DNA of 64,000 nt from Candidatus Saccharimonadales bacterium (GTDB lineage: Bacteria; Patescibacteriota; Saccharimonadia; Saccharimonadales; UBA7683), in contig JAXMAA010000001.1 of assembly GCA_046350615.1 (NCBI GenBank), positions 268,263 through 332,262 on the forward strand, in the 5' to 3' direction. Positions 9,607 through 19,101 of this stretch are shown here, piece after piece. The position numbers and the translations under genes were made by a program. The first letter of the stretch is position 1, and each line of letters opens with the position of its first letter. The notes under the pieces were generated by a model. It made no database searches, was not told where the DNA came from, and saw only the letters and a list, made by a program, of their open reading frames with translations.

Positions 9607-9769
9607 AATCCGCTCCTACTATTCAATATCGCCGAAATTGCTCAATTTCGAGACAGAATTTGTTCAAGATGACAAGAAATAGCCGAAGCTACGTCGCGGA
9701 GACTGGAACGGATTTTGACCGGAATTCGGGTGATTTTTAGGCAGAATTGTGAGAGTAGGAGCGGGTTCT
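9605..9769. mobile_element. 165-bp MITE-like element filling the gap between convergent genes
   Basis: Terminal inverted repeats AGAATCCGCTCCTACT (9605-9620) and AGTAGGAGCGGGTTCT (9754-9769), 15/16 match, overlapping both stop codons. Confidence 0.65.
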
Positions 9770-10686
9770 TAACCTAGTTTTACAACGGCTAGTTCCAAAA
9801 CACGCCACGGCTCAACTGATGATGACTTCAATTGTATGTCGGCGTTGGTAACAACATCAACTATGGCTCGAACACTTGTTGGACGTAAGTTTCTGGCAAG
9901 ATTGCGGGTTTTTTGGACCACGTAGGGGCTGAGTTTGGCCTCTTTCGCCACCTGACTATCACTCGCTGAACTTGCACTTGCTACCACTGCAAGAACATGA
10001 GTCTGCCAGATGAGCATGTTTACTAGCTGGAACGGGTCTTCGTGCGCTCGCTCCATGTCAGAAAGAAGCTGCAAGGCCTGTTGTTGGCGACCACTAAAGG
10101 CATATTCAAGCAATTGAAAAACGGCTTGTTGTGGTGTTTTTTCAACCAACAAGTCAACAGTTTCTTGTGTAATTTTTGGATCGTATGAGAGTAGCTTCTC
10201 TAACTCTTGCTTCAGACGAAGTTGATCAAGGCCGACTCGTTGCACAAAGTAGCTTGCTGCCGAAGTGGTAATCACTCCGCCGTTATCTTTCACAAAAGAT
10301 TCCGCCCACCGCTGCATCGTCATCTCGTCCGGCTCGGTGAACTCTTCCAGCACCGCTGACTTCTTAAGTGTTTTGTAAAACGACGTGCGTTTATCGAGCT
10401 GATTTTCAACCAAAATTACCTGCACCCCATCGGAGGATTTGGTGAGCATTAGAGAAAATTGTTCCGTCAGCTCCTTTTGCTGTGTGAGATTATTAATAAT
10501 TACCAGCCGATGTGTTGAAAAGAGCGTGGCACCTACGAGAAGCGAGGGCAGCTGATTTGGTTCAATGTGCTCGGCGGAAAAAGTCTCCACACCCTCTGGC
10601 CCATACTGAGCAACAAAGTCATCACGAATCTGCGCTAGCCGCTGCTGCAAAGTAAATCTATTTGCGCCAAATAATACGGTTATCAA
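9769..10686 (-). CDS. holA: DNA polymerase III delta subunit
   Basis: LFSTHRLVII, LDKRTSFYK, LKQELEKL, AKLSPYVVQK, ADIQLKS. Confidence 0.9.
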   Translation of the reverse strand: MITVLFGANRFTLQQRLAQIRDDFVAQYGPEGVETFSAEHIEPNQLPSLLVGATLFSTHRLVIINNLTQQKELTEQFSLMLTKSSDGVQVILVENQLDKRTSFYKTLKKSAVLEEFTEPDEMTMQRWAESFVKDNGGVITTSAASYFVQRVGLDQLRLKQELEKLLSYDPKITQETVDLLVEKTPQQAVFQLLEYAFSGRQQQALQLLSDMERAHEDPFQLVNMLIWQTHVLAVVASASSASDSQVAKEAKLSPYVVQKTRNLARNLRPTSVRAIVDVVTNADIQLKSSSVEPWRVLELAVVKLG

Positions 10687-11522
10687 CGGAGTAGCCCCTT
10701 CTTGAGATCAACAACTACCATTGAGCCATCAGTGAAGAACGCATCGCCGCCGCCATTGCGATGTGAATATTTTGGGAAAAACCCTTCTATCTTCTGTACT
10801 TGCTTGGTTCGATGCACCCGCTTAATTGTTTGCACCACAAAATCACGTTCGGCGTCGACATCGCCATCAATGCTATGCGTAATTTGGAGTGTAAATCTTG
10901 AAAGTCCCACGGCATCATCGTAAGTTGCTGCTGCCACCCAGTCAACGTTGTGACCACCGGGCAGATAAATATCTTTCGGAATTCGCCAAAAACGCACATG
11001 ATGACGCTTTGCAGGGTTACCATCTACTTCTTTTTGAAACGCCAGATCTTGCTTTTTGCCAAATACGTACAGATCGCTCACTGGAGCGTTCTCGTAACTA
11101 CGCTTGAGTAGCGTTGCACGTATGGTAGTAAGCGCTGTTTTTATCGTTATTGGATCGGCCAGATCCCAACCTGCTTTACGCATGGTTTTGAGGAGTGTTT
11201 TTTCGGTACCCCGCAGTGCAAGGTTAACAGGATCCGCAAGCAAACCATCAGCTGTTCGCGCGCGCCCGATAAAGTAATCTGGCACATAAATACGACTTAA
11301 AAAACGATGGATACGTGGCAGCAAAATATATGAGGTAACCACCCAGAGCAACAATAAACTGATGAGCACATGCTTATCTGTACGAAGATTATTGATGGCA
11401 ATATAATAAGCCGCAACAACAAAAAGCAAACCACCGAGTAGAATGCCGACTCGTTTAAGCGGTACCACCAGCCGCCATGATTGTCGCATGTACCGCCCTA
11501 CATTCCTGATGAACTTCTGCAC
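10683..11522 (-). CDS. LssY C-terminal domain membrane protein
   Basis: DPVNLAL, APVSDLYVFGKKQDLAFQ, RHHVRFW, THSIDGDVDAERD, TDG. Confidence 0.85.
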   Translation of the reverse strand: MQKFIRNVGRYMRQSWRLVVPLKRVGILLGGLLFVVAAYYIAINNLRTDKHVLISLLLLWVVTSYILLPRIHRFLSRIYVPDYFIGRARTADGLLADPVNLALRGTEKTLLKTMRKAGWDLADPITIKTALTTIRATLLKRSYENAPVSDLYVFGKKQDLAFQKEVDGNPAKRHHVRFWRIPKDIYLPGGHNVDWVAAATYDDAVGLSRFTLQITHSIDGDVDAERDFVVQTIKRVHRTKQVQKIEGFFPKYSHRNGGGDAFFTDGSMVVVDLKKGLLR

Positions 11523-11554
11523 TTTTGCTCCTTGCTAGGAACTAGTATAGCGAC

Positions 11555-14233
11555 TTATCTGGTTTCAGAAAATGATACACGATTTTGAGAGAACGTAGCG
11601 ATAATCTTTTGGCCGTCTTTTACTTTGCCCTCGATAATTTCAAGTGCGAGCGGGTCTAACAGATCAGTTTGGATGAGACGCTTGAGTGGACGAGCGCCGT
11701 AATTTGGGTCGTAGCCAACTTCGGCCAGGTGTTTTTTGACGCTTTCATCAATGGTGAGCGTAATATTTTTACTCGTTTTGAGGTGTTTGATTACTCGCTC
11801 AAGCTGAACGCCTACAATGTTGTTCATTAATGCTTCACTGAGCCGCTCGAATACCACAATGTCATCAATACGATTAAGAAATTCTGGACGGAAGTGCGCG
11901 CGCAAACGATCGTTGAGGGCAATCTCAAGTGCTTCGTCAGTCAGCCCAATAGGGCTGTCATCCTCGGACTTGATCCGAGGATCCAGTTTATTTTGTATGC
12001 CCTTGGCATTCTTTGTTTGACTGGATTCCAAATCAAGTTTGGAATGACGGGAAGGAAAGTTGGTGTTCAAAATTAAATCGGAGCCAAGATTGCTGGTCAT
12101 GATAATCACCGTGTTGGTGAAGTTGACGGTTCTCCCTTGCCCATCAGTCAAACGCCCATCATCTAAAATCTGCAGTAGTGCATTAAAGACATCTGGATGT
12201 GCTTTTTCAACCTCATCAAACAACACTACAGCATATGGGCGGCGGCGCACAGCCTCGGTCAGCTGTCCGCCCTGCTCGTAACCAACGTAGCCCGGAGGCG
12301 AGCCAATCAGGCGAGCCACGGCGTGCTGCTCCATGTATTCGCTCATGTCAATGCGCACCATGGCATCTTCATCATCAAATAACTGTTCGGCTAGAGCTTT
12401 GGCAGTTTCGGTTTTACCCACACCGGTTGGACCCAAGAATAAGAACGAGCCGATTGGCCGACCCTCATCGGAAATACCGGCGCGTGAACGGCGAATGGCA
12501 TTGGCCACTGCGGTGATAGCCCGATCTTGCCCAATCACCCGCTTTTCCAACTCCTTTTCAAGATGCACCAGCTTCTCAGATTCGCTCTCTAATAAGCGCG
12601 AAACCGGAATGCCGGTCCAGCGTGCTACCACTCTAGCAATATCTTCGCTCGTCACCTCCTCTTTCAAAAGGCGCTTGTCGCCATCAAGCTTTGCAAGCTC
12701 ACTCTTAGCTTTGGCAATGGCTTTCTCGGCTTCCGGAATTTTGCCGTACTGTAATTCACCAGCTTTTGCGAGATCGTTCTCGCGCTGGGCAGCCTCAAGC
12801 TCCGATTTGTACTGATCGAGATTCTCACTAGCTTGGTTTAAATTATCAATCAGTTCTTTTTCACGCAGCCACTGCGTTTCCAGCCCGCTCGAAGATTCCT
12901 TTAAATCTGCGATCTGCTGCTCAAGCTCTTTTTTGCGCGCCTTAGCACTCTCGGACTTATCTTTTTTGAGCGTGGTAAGCTCAATCTCGAGCTGCATTTG
13001 CTTGCGTTTTGCTCTATCAAGCTCGGTTGGCATGCTTTCTATCTCAATTTTGAGTGCCGAGGTGGCTTCATCTATTAAATCCACCGCTTTGTCGGGCAAG
13101 AATCTATCAGCAATGTAGCGGTCACTCAGCCGCGCCGCCGCAATTAACGCATCGTCAGTAATCTTCACGCCGTGGTGAATTTCGTACTTTTCTTGCAAAC
13201 CCCTGAGAATGGCGATTGAATCTTCTACGCTCGGCTCATTCACATACACCGGCTGAAAACGCCGCTCTAAGGCTGCGTCTTTTTCAACGTACTGCCGGTA
13301 TTCATCGAGCGTTGTTGCTCCAATTAGGTGCATTTTGCCGCGCGCGAGTGAAGGCTTAATCATATTACCGGCGTCAACCGAACCCTCTGATTTTCCCGCG
13401 CCAACAATGGTGTGCAGCTCATCAACAAACAAAATAATTTCGCCATCAGATTTTTCTACCTCGTCAATCACCGCCTTAAAACGCTCTTCAAATTCGCCTC
13501 GATATTTTGCGCCAGCCAGAAGACTGCCGATACTCAGCTCAATCAGCTTCTTATTTTTTAGACTACTCGGCACGTCGCCATTCACAATGCGCTGCGCCAA
13601 ACCTTCAGCAATAGCTGTTTTACCCACGCCTGGCTCGCCAATCAGCACCGGATTATTTTTAGTACGGCGAGAAAGTACCTGCATCACGCGCCGAATTTCT
13701 TCATCACGGCCAATAACCGGATCTAACTTGCCACTCCGAGCCAGCTCGGTGAAATCCTGCCCATATTTTTCCAGCACATTTTGCTTATTTTCAGGAGATT
13801 GATCCATAACCTTCCGCCCTCCTCGCACACTTTCAATATTATTTTTAAGCTCATTGTAATCTACGTTAATCAACTTTTGTTCCGCCGCCGCCAAAAGCAC
13901 ATGCTCAGTACTCACGTGCGTGTCGCCGAGATTCTTCGCCTCTTTTTCGGCCCGCTCAATCAGCTTAATGAATTCTCTGTTTGGTCTGATATCAACACTC
14001 GAGACCTCCGCACTACTCTTAGCTACAGCATCGAGACCGTTATTCACAATCCGCACCACCTCATCGCGCACATTCGCCCGATCAATCAAAATCGTAAACG
14101 TCGTATCCGCTTGCTCAAGTAGTGCCTTTAGTAAGTGCCACTGAGAAAACTCCAGATTTTGATGCTCACGAGCCAACTCCACCGCTCGCTGCAGCGCCTC
14201 AATCATCTTATGAGTCAATGAATCCGTATTCAT
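11555..14233 (-). CDS. clpB: chaperone ClpB with in-frame palindromic-element insertion
   Basis: Two AAA+ modules ([16 protein letters not shown]), middle coiled coil, [19 protein letters not shown]. Confidence 0.97.
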   Translation of the reverse strand: MNTDSLTHKMIEALQRAVELAREHQNLEFSQWHLLKALLEQADTTFTILIDRANVRDEVVRIVNNGLDAVAKSSAEVSSVDIRPNREFIKLIERAEKEAKNLGDTHVSTEHVLLAAAEQKLINVDYNELKNNIESVRGGRKVMDQSPENKQNVLEKYGQDFTELARSGKLDPVIGRDEEIRRVMQVLSRRTKNNPVLIGEPGVGKTAIAEGLAQRIVNGDVPSSLKNKKLIELSIGSLLAGAKYRGEFEERFKAVIDEVEKSDGEIILFVDELHTIVGAGKSEGSVDAGNMIKPSLARGKMHLIGATTLDEYRQYVEKDAALERRFQPVYVNEPSVEDSIAILRGLQEKYEIHHGVKITDDALIAAARLSDRYIADRFLPDKAVDLIDEATSALKIEIESMPTELDRAKRKQMQLEIELTTLKKDKSESAKARKKELEQQIADLKESSSGLETQWLREKELIDNLNQASENLDQYKSELEAAQRENDLAKAGELQYGKIPEAEKAIAKAKSELAKLDGDKRLLKEEVTSEDIARVVARWTGIPVSRLLESESEKLVHLEKELEKRVIGQDRAITAVANAIRRSRAGISDEGRPIGSFLFLGPTGVGKTETAKALAEQLFDDEDAMVRIDMSEYMEQHAVARLIGSPPGYVGYEQGGQLTEAVRRRPYAVVLFDEVEKAHPDVFNALLQILDDGRLTDGQGRTVNFTNTVIIMTSNLGSDLILNTNFPSRHSKLDLESSQTKNAKGIQNKLDPRIKSEDDSPIGLTDEALEIALNDRLRAHFRPEFLNRIDDIVVFERLSEALMNNIVGVQLERVIKHLKTSKNITLTIDESVKKHLAEVGYDPNYGARPLKRLIQTDLLDPLALEIIEGKVKDGQKIIATFSQNRVSFSETR
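11957..12048. repeat. RPE-like double-hairpin element inside clpB
   Basis: GTCATCCTCGGACTTGATCCGAGGATCCAG...CTGGATTCCAAATCAAGTTTGGAATGAC, encoding [10 protein letters not shown]...[10 protein letters not shown]. Confidence 0.85.
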
Positions 14234-14251
14234 AACCAGAATTATACAAAA

Positions 14252-14278
14252 TTGGCACTCTCAATACAAGAGTGCTAA
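14252..14278. promoter_or_regulatory. CIRCE (HrcA operator) upstream of clpB
   Basis: TTGGCACTC-N9-GAGTGCTAA, one mismatch to TTAGCACTC-N9-GAGTGCTAA. Confidence 0.9.
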
Positions 14279-14283
14279 TTTAC

Positions 14284-14874
14284 TTAATCTGGCAGCCAGA
14301 GTTCTATATTGCCGCTACTGATGCCTGGTTTCGGAACAGCACCATATACCGTCAGCGCATCCTCAAACGTCACGGCAGCCACATCAGCGGCGTCCACCAT
14401 GAGCTGCTCGGCTCTCACAAGTTCCGGTAACCTGAACTTTTGCGCGAGTCCATGACGGCGAATGTATGATTCTAGATAACTAGAGCCTATCCCTATTGGT
14501 GTTTCCCAGAAATCATCCTTGCCAATAAACTGTTTTGCATCACGAAACCCGTCCTCACCTAAATGATGCTGGATAATATCTAAGCTTCCTTTGTTTGCTA
14601 TGCCATCGTGTGCCCAATCTAATGCTCGCACAGAGACCCAAAGCATCCGCATAGAACTTGCCACTTTCGCAGCAGCCTGTGCACGCTGAAGAACGGCATT
14701 CCCATCCTCAAAAGTACGCATACGTCGCCAGTAAGTAGCGGCTTGACCAGCAAACGATTCACTCCTACTGATCGGCAATATTCTAAGTTTGTCACTCTGG
14801 TGATCGCCAAACTTCGAAACTACATGCTGATATTCAGCATCCAGCCATTCGGTAACGATTTTCTGAGTGTTCAT
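14284..14874 (-). CDS. hypothetical protein
   Basis: 196-aa ORF with its own TTGACA-16-TACAAT promoter 7 nt before ATG. Confidence 0.65.
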   Translation of the reverse strand: MNTQKIVTEWLDAEYQHVVSKFGDHQSDKLRILPISRSESFAGQAATYWRRMRTFEDGNAVLQRAQAAAKVASSMRMLWVSVRALDWAHDGIANKGSLDIIQHHLGEDGFRDAKQFIGKDDFWETPIGIGSSYLESYIRRHGLAQKFRLPELVRAEQLMVDAADVAAVTFEDALTVYGAVPKPGISSGNIELWLPD

Positions 14875-15043
14875 ACTTAATATTGTATCAGAAAATTTAT
14901 ATTTGTCAATGTGCTACATCCGAACATGCAAGTATCCGATCTGTTAGCGTACCACTCCGGGGTCGGACCTCGGAAAAGGTGAAATTATGGTATGATATTA
15001 ATTTGTATTGCATTTGTGTTACTTTTGCTATACAATGTTGCAC

Positions 15044-15349
15044 ATGAATACGACTACACTCAGTATTAGAACAGATGAGAAGACGAAGGCGGCTATTAAA
15101 GCATTCGCGGATTCGCTCGGTCTTTCAGTCAGCGCGCTTGTGACCACCACCATGCGTCAAACTATCAAAAACGGAAGTGTCACGCTCACGCCACTTGAAC
15201 CCACACCATATCTTGAGGAAATCATGCGGGAGGCTGAAGAAGATCTGAAGGCGGGCCGAGAAGTCACGACTATTCATAATGAAGAAGAACTAAATAGTCT
15301 TTTTGAGGATCTGGGGCATAATGATCTTAAAACTCAGCAAAAAATGTAA
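15044..15349 (+). CDS. RelB/DinJ-family antitoxin
   Basis: TTLSIRTDEKTKAAIKAFADSLGLSVSALV RHH; TTGCAT-17-TACAAT leaderless promoter. Confidence 0.85.
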   Translation: MNTTTLSIRTDEKTKAAIKAFADSLGLSVSALVTTTMRQTIKNGSVTLTPLEPTPYLEEIMREAEEDLKAGREVTTIHNEEELNSLFEDLGHNDLKTQQKM

Positions 15350-15581
15350 GAGACAAATTGAAAACTTACCTCTCGCACAATAAAAACGCCTCCACACGGT
15401 ATTTTTGCTCTTTATGCGCGAGCCACACCACAAATCACTTTATAACCACCCCCTAACAGGTAACTGGAAGGGCTACCGTTCTATCAGCTTTGGTGGCAAC
15501 TGGCGAGCACACTATAAGGTTATTGATGAAAACACCGCCTATTTTGTAACACTTGGCAGTCATAGCCAGCTATACAAGTAG
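15321..15581 (+). pseudogene. RelE/YafQ-family toxin with premature TAA at codon 21
   Basis: MILKLSKKCKRQIENLPLAQ*KRLH...LYNHPLTGNWKGYRSISFGGNWRAHY...LGSHSQLYK*; internal stop at 15381-15383. Confidence 0.85.
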
Positions 15582-15595
15582 CGACGCCGAACAGC

Positions 15596-16114
15596 TTACA
15601 CGTCATGTCTGTGTGCCAGTGCTTTGATATTATCGATATCCGGCTTCAAAACGTACACCGTATCTGTTGTTTCCCGCTTTTTTGTCGAGATGTATGTAAT
15701 ACGATGACGCGAAACATCTTCAAAGAATTCTCGTGGATAGTCGGTATTATCTATTGTTAAAATATGACAATCTGGCTGCGCGATTGCATAGGCGGCATTC
15801 ACTGTGTCGCATATACTAATACCGTTGACGCGCCCTTTGTGTTCTTTCGAATACAGATAGCGAATCTTTGCCGCGAAATCAAGGAGAACCTCAGATAGAA
15901 CAATGTACCTCGCATTATCTGATATGTACCGTTTGATTTTTAACCGATGTTCTTTGTCGGAACTACAGAGTAGCTCATACTGAGTCAAGCCCGTCACCAC
16001 GAATGTATACCTATCCTCAAACTGTGTAAATAGGTCTCTATAAACGTCAATCTGGCTATCTGTGAGTGCGTGCGATAAAATATTGGCATCGATAACCAAC
16101 AGCCCCTTCATCAT
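15596..16114 (-). CDS. PIN-domain (VapC-like) protein
   Basis: LVIDANIL, T.YELL, SICDTVNAAYA, ILTIDNTDY: the acidic PIN catalytic pattern. Confidence 0.8.
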   Translation of the reverse strand: MMKGLLVIDANILSHALTDSQIDVYRDLFTQFEDRYTFVVTGLTQYELLCSSDKEHRLKIKRYISDNARYIVLSEVLLDFAAKIRYLYSKEHKGRVNGISICDTVNAAYAIAQPDCHILTIDNTDYPREFFEDVSRHRITYISTKKRETTDTVYVLKPDIDNIKALAHRHDV

Positions 16115-16121
16115 AGCGTCC

Positions 16122-16226
16122 TTATTTTTTCTTTTTAAACTTCAATAATCCCTTTGATGGGCTTGGGTTGGCCAATTTTGGCTCTCTAACCGAACTCTTT
16201 GGTATTTTTGGTATCTTCATGCTCAT
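16122..16226 (-). CDS. 34-aa basic peptide upstream of the PIN gene (possible minimal or truncated antitoxin)
   Basis: MSMKIPKIPKSSVREPKLANPSPSKGLLKFKKKK*, preceded by an AAGGGGG SD-like run; below the ORF-track cutoff. Confidence 0.35.
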   Translation of the reverse strand: MSMKIPKIPKSSVREPKLANPSPSKGLLKFKKKK

Positions 16227-16260
16227 AACATACCCCCTTTAAGATACTTTGATGATGTAT

Positions 16261-17142
16261 TTATTGTAGCACAGCAGGGGCGACCTGGCATTTTGGGCAA
16301 ATGTGGGTGCCGCGGCCAGCAACGCGGGTTTTTATGATGGTGGTGCCGCAGCGCTGGCATGGGGTGCCCTCTTTTCTGAAGACGCGGGCGAAGGAGATGT
16401 AACTGCCTTTTTTGCCCTCGGCATTGACGTAATTTTTATCGGTTGAGCCGCCTTTTTCTATCGAGAGCCCAAGAACTGCTCGCAGTTCGGTGTAGAGGTT
16501 GTTAATTTTAGATTTTGGGATGTCTATCACCTTGGTTTCGGGGTGAATCTTGGCCGCCCAAAGACTTTCATCGGCGTAGATGTTGCCTACCCCGGCAATC
16601 ACGGTTTGATCTAAAAGTACTGCTTTAATGCCCGAGTTTTTTCGCCGCAGCAACCTATCTTCAAAAATCGATAATCTAAAATCTGCCTCGAGCGGCTCTG
16701 GGCCCACCTTCTTCATAAAATCAATATTCGGTACTTCAATTGTTGGATATAATCTCACCCAACCAAACTTGCGCTGATCATTGAAAAATAATCTTGCACC
16801 GTTATCGAGGTCAAATATCACCCGGGTAGAGCGATCTGGTAGTTCACCAACCAGCGAATCGTTTGGGTGCCCTGCCCCAAATACAGCCTCTCCCCTATAG
16901 ACAATCTGGCCCGTCATTTTTAAGTGAATGACCAGCGTGTGCTCAGTGGAAAGATCGATTAATAGCAGCTTCGCGCGACGACGAATATCAATTACCGTTG
17001 CGCCAACAAGAAACTCATCTACATCGGCTCGGGCATTTGGAAAGCTTTTTTCGGTATCTGAAGAAACAGCAACGACCTTGTGGCCAATCAATAGCCTCTG
17101 TAAACCGCGTCGAACTGTTTCAACCTCAGGAAGTTCTGGCAT
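16261..17142 (-). CDS. mutM: formamidopyrimidine-DNA glycosylase
   Basis: MPELPEVET, HLKMTG, DQRKFG, GVGNIYADE, C-terminal Zn finger. Confidence 0.97.
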   Translation of the reverse strand: MPELPEVETVRRGLQRLLIGHKVVAVSSDTEKSFPNARADVDEFLVGATVIDIRRRAKLLLIDLSTEHTLVIHLKMTGQIVYRGEAVFGAGHPNDSLVGELPDRSTRVIFDLDNGARLFFNDQRKFGWVRLYPTIEVPNIDFMKKVGPEPLEADFRLSIFEDRLLRRKNSGIKAVLLDQTVIAGVGNIYADESLWAAKIHPETKVIDIPKSKINNLYTELRAVLGLSIEKGGSTDKNYVNAEGKKGSYISFARVFRKEGTPCQRCGTTIIKTRVAGRGTHICPKCQVAPAVLQ

Positions 17143-17157
17143 GTAGCTTATTGTACA

Positions 17158-17421
17158 CTAACGAGTACGAGGCATAAGATGCACTGGCACCGCACCTTCG
17201 CCTGCATCGATAGCCGCCGCAACAACCCAGTCGCCACCGAATCCATCTTTATGACGGGTGCGCATGAAACCTTCTTGTTGCTGTTGTTGCTCCTGCTGCT
17301 GATAGCCGCCACTGGGCACAACTTGCGCCCCTTCCTCGTCCAACCCCGTAGCGCCAGCTAGCGCTGCTGCGCCCTCACCAACAACAGTTATATCATTACC
17401 AGAAAACTCAATGTGTGCCAT
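17158..17421 (-). CDS. small hypothetical protein with poly-Gln tract
   Basis: 87-aa ORF with QQQEQQQQQ; AAAGGGT before ATG. Confidence 0.55.
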   Translation of the reverse strand: MAHIEFSGNDITVVGEGAAALAGATGLDEEGAQVVPSGGYQQQEQQQQQEGFMRTRHKDGFGGDWVVAAAIDAGEGAVPVHLMPRTR

Positions 17422-17571
17422 CTAGACCCTTTTTGTTTTAAAGTTGATATTCCTCACCTTCTAGTGAAAGGCTTATGCACTCGGAGTGCAACCGTTTGTT
17501 GTGAAAAAGAAACGCATTAATGAAATCTTCACTAATTCTCCATCTGTTAAATATGGTTGTGGTGATAAAAA

Positions 17572-18138
17572 TCACTCAACACCAAGTGCTACTAAATCGG
17601 TTTTTACCTGTTCAATATTTGTGTACGCAACAGCCTGCATACCCACGGCTTGAGCACCAACCACATTCACCTCCCGATCGTCAATAAATACGCAGGCCTC
17701 TGCCGGTAGCTCAAGCTCGGCAAGATGTTTAAGGTAGATTACCGCATCTGGCTTGATGACACCCACATGATACGAAAGCGTTACTGCATCAAACAGATCA
17801 ACGTACTCTTGAGGTAAAAAGTTATTGAGCTCACTACCAACATTTGAGATCATCCCCAATTTGTATCCTGCAGCCTTTAACTCCTGAGCGTAAGTAAATA
17901 GCGCTGTATTTGGGTGATGATTAGTTGTGATCATCTCATGGGCGACCCCCCTTGAAGCACCAGTCAGCTTGCAAACTGTGTCTAGAAAATCTTCGTAAGA
18001 AACCCGGCCCCGATCTGCTTGGTGATTAATGTAGCGCAGTTCTTCAGCGATATCATCAGTGCCGTATTGGCGACAAAAAGCCAACCAGCCATCTTCAGTA
18101 AAAACCCCAAAACAATCAAAAATTACCGCCTTAATCAT
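17572..18138 (-). CDS. HAD-IA family phosphatase
   Basis: IFDCFGV, SN, KPD, FIDD...N. Confidence 0.9.
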   Translation of the reverse strand: MIKAVIFDCFGVFTEDGWLAFCRQYGTDDIAEELRYINHQADRGRVSYEDFLDTVCKLTGASRGVAHEMITTNHHPNTALFTYAQELKAAGYKLGMISNVGSELNNFLPQEYVDLFDAVTLSYHVGVIKPDAVIYLKHLAELELPAEACVFIDDREVNVVGAQAVGMQAVAYTNIEQVKTDLVALGVE

Positions 18139-18576
18139 CTAGGCTCCAGTGCTGCCAAACTTACCTTGACCCCGCATGGTTGCAGTATTAATCTCATGCG
18201 CTTCCTGCCACTCAATTTTTTCGTAGCGAGCAACAACAAGCTGTGCAATACGCATACCAGGTTCAATCACAAAGTCCGTATCACTCCAGTTTATCAATAT
18301 AACTGATATCTCTCCGCGGTAATCAGAATCGATGGTGCCAACGCCGTTTGCCAGTCCGATAGCGTGTTTGGCGGCCAAGCCGCTGCGTGCACGGACCTGA
18401 GCCTCGTAGCCATCTGGCAATTCAATCGCAACACCAGTGGGAATAATTGCTGTTTTGCTAGCCTGCAAGGTAACGGGGCCATCTAGGCAGGCGTGGAGAT
18501 CAACGGCGGCAGCTCCGTCGGTTTGATAAGCTGGTAATTGCGCATCATCACGAACTTTTTGTATCTTAACCTGCAT
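18139..18576 (-). CDS. dut: dUTP diphosphatase
   Basis: AAVDL, RSGLA, GTIDSDYRGE, RIAQL, RGQGKFGSTG. Confidence 0.97.
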   Translation of the reverse strand: MQVKIQKVRDDAQLPAYQTDGAAAVDLHACLDGPVTLQASKTAIIPTGVAIELPDGYEAQVRARSGLAAKHAIGLANGVGTIDSDYRGEISVILINWSDTDFVIEPGMRIAQLVVARYEKIEWQEAHEINTATMRGQGKFGSTGA

Positions 18577-18606
18577 AATGTTCTAGTTTATCATGAGAGG
18601 CATCGC

Positions 18607-19101
18607 TCACGCATAGATACCACTTAGCTCATTGCGAACACGCATCAATATAAGGCCAAGATGATTCTCGCCGTCAGTACTACCTATTGGGTCTACACCC
18701 CAGAACCGATCACCCCAATCATTACCTTCAACTAGCTCTTCGACACCGGTCTGAGCAAGTAATAATGCGATGTCGTGATTGGCTGCGAATTTCCGCTTCA
18801 CCGCCTCGTACATTAAATCAAGCTTTGCGTTTGGCCAGTCTGGGAGCTGCTCTTCACCGGAATCTACGAGCTTTCGTGCGAAACTTTTAACTGCCTTTCC
18901 ATTCGCATACCAAGAGGCATCGCTCGGCTCGGCACGAATCTCAGCGACTTCACGTTGGACATCAGGATCAACAAATCGGCCCGACATATACACATGCTCA
19001 GAAGTAGGAACTTGAATACCGCAAAGTGCCAAGATTGGTACCTTCAGTGGGTACATATTACTGAGGTAAAAATGCTCACCCCGAAAACGTTCGATTGTCA
19101 T
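18607..19101 (-). CDS. NADAR (YbiA-like) family protein
   Basis: LSNMY, TSEH, KF, LLAQTG...LVEGNDWGDRFWG...GENHLGLILMRVR. Confidence 0.9.
   Translation of the reverse strand: MTIERFRGEHFYLSNMYPLKVPILALCGIQVPTSEHVYMSGRFVDPDVQREVAEIRAEPSDASWYANGKAVKSFARKLVDSGEEQLPDWPNAKLDLMYEAVKRKFAANHDIALLLAQTGVEELVEGNDWGDRFWGVDPIGSTDGENHLGLILMRVRNELSGIYA

Noticed and set aside
14956-14974. Palindrome TCCGGGGTCGGACCTCGGA as a REP of a tyrosine transposase
   Set aside because: Single copy in the window and no adjacent transposase.
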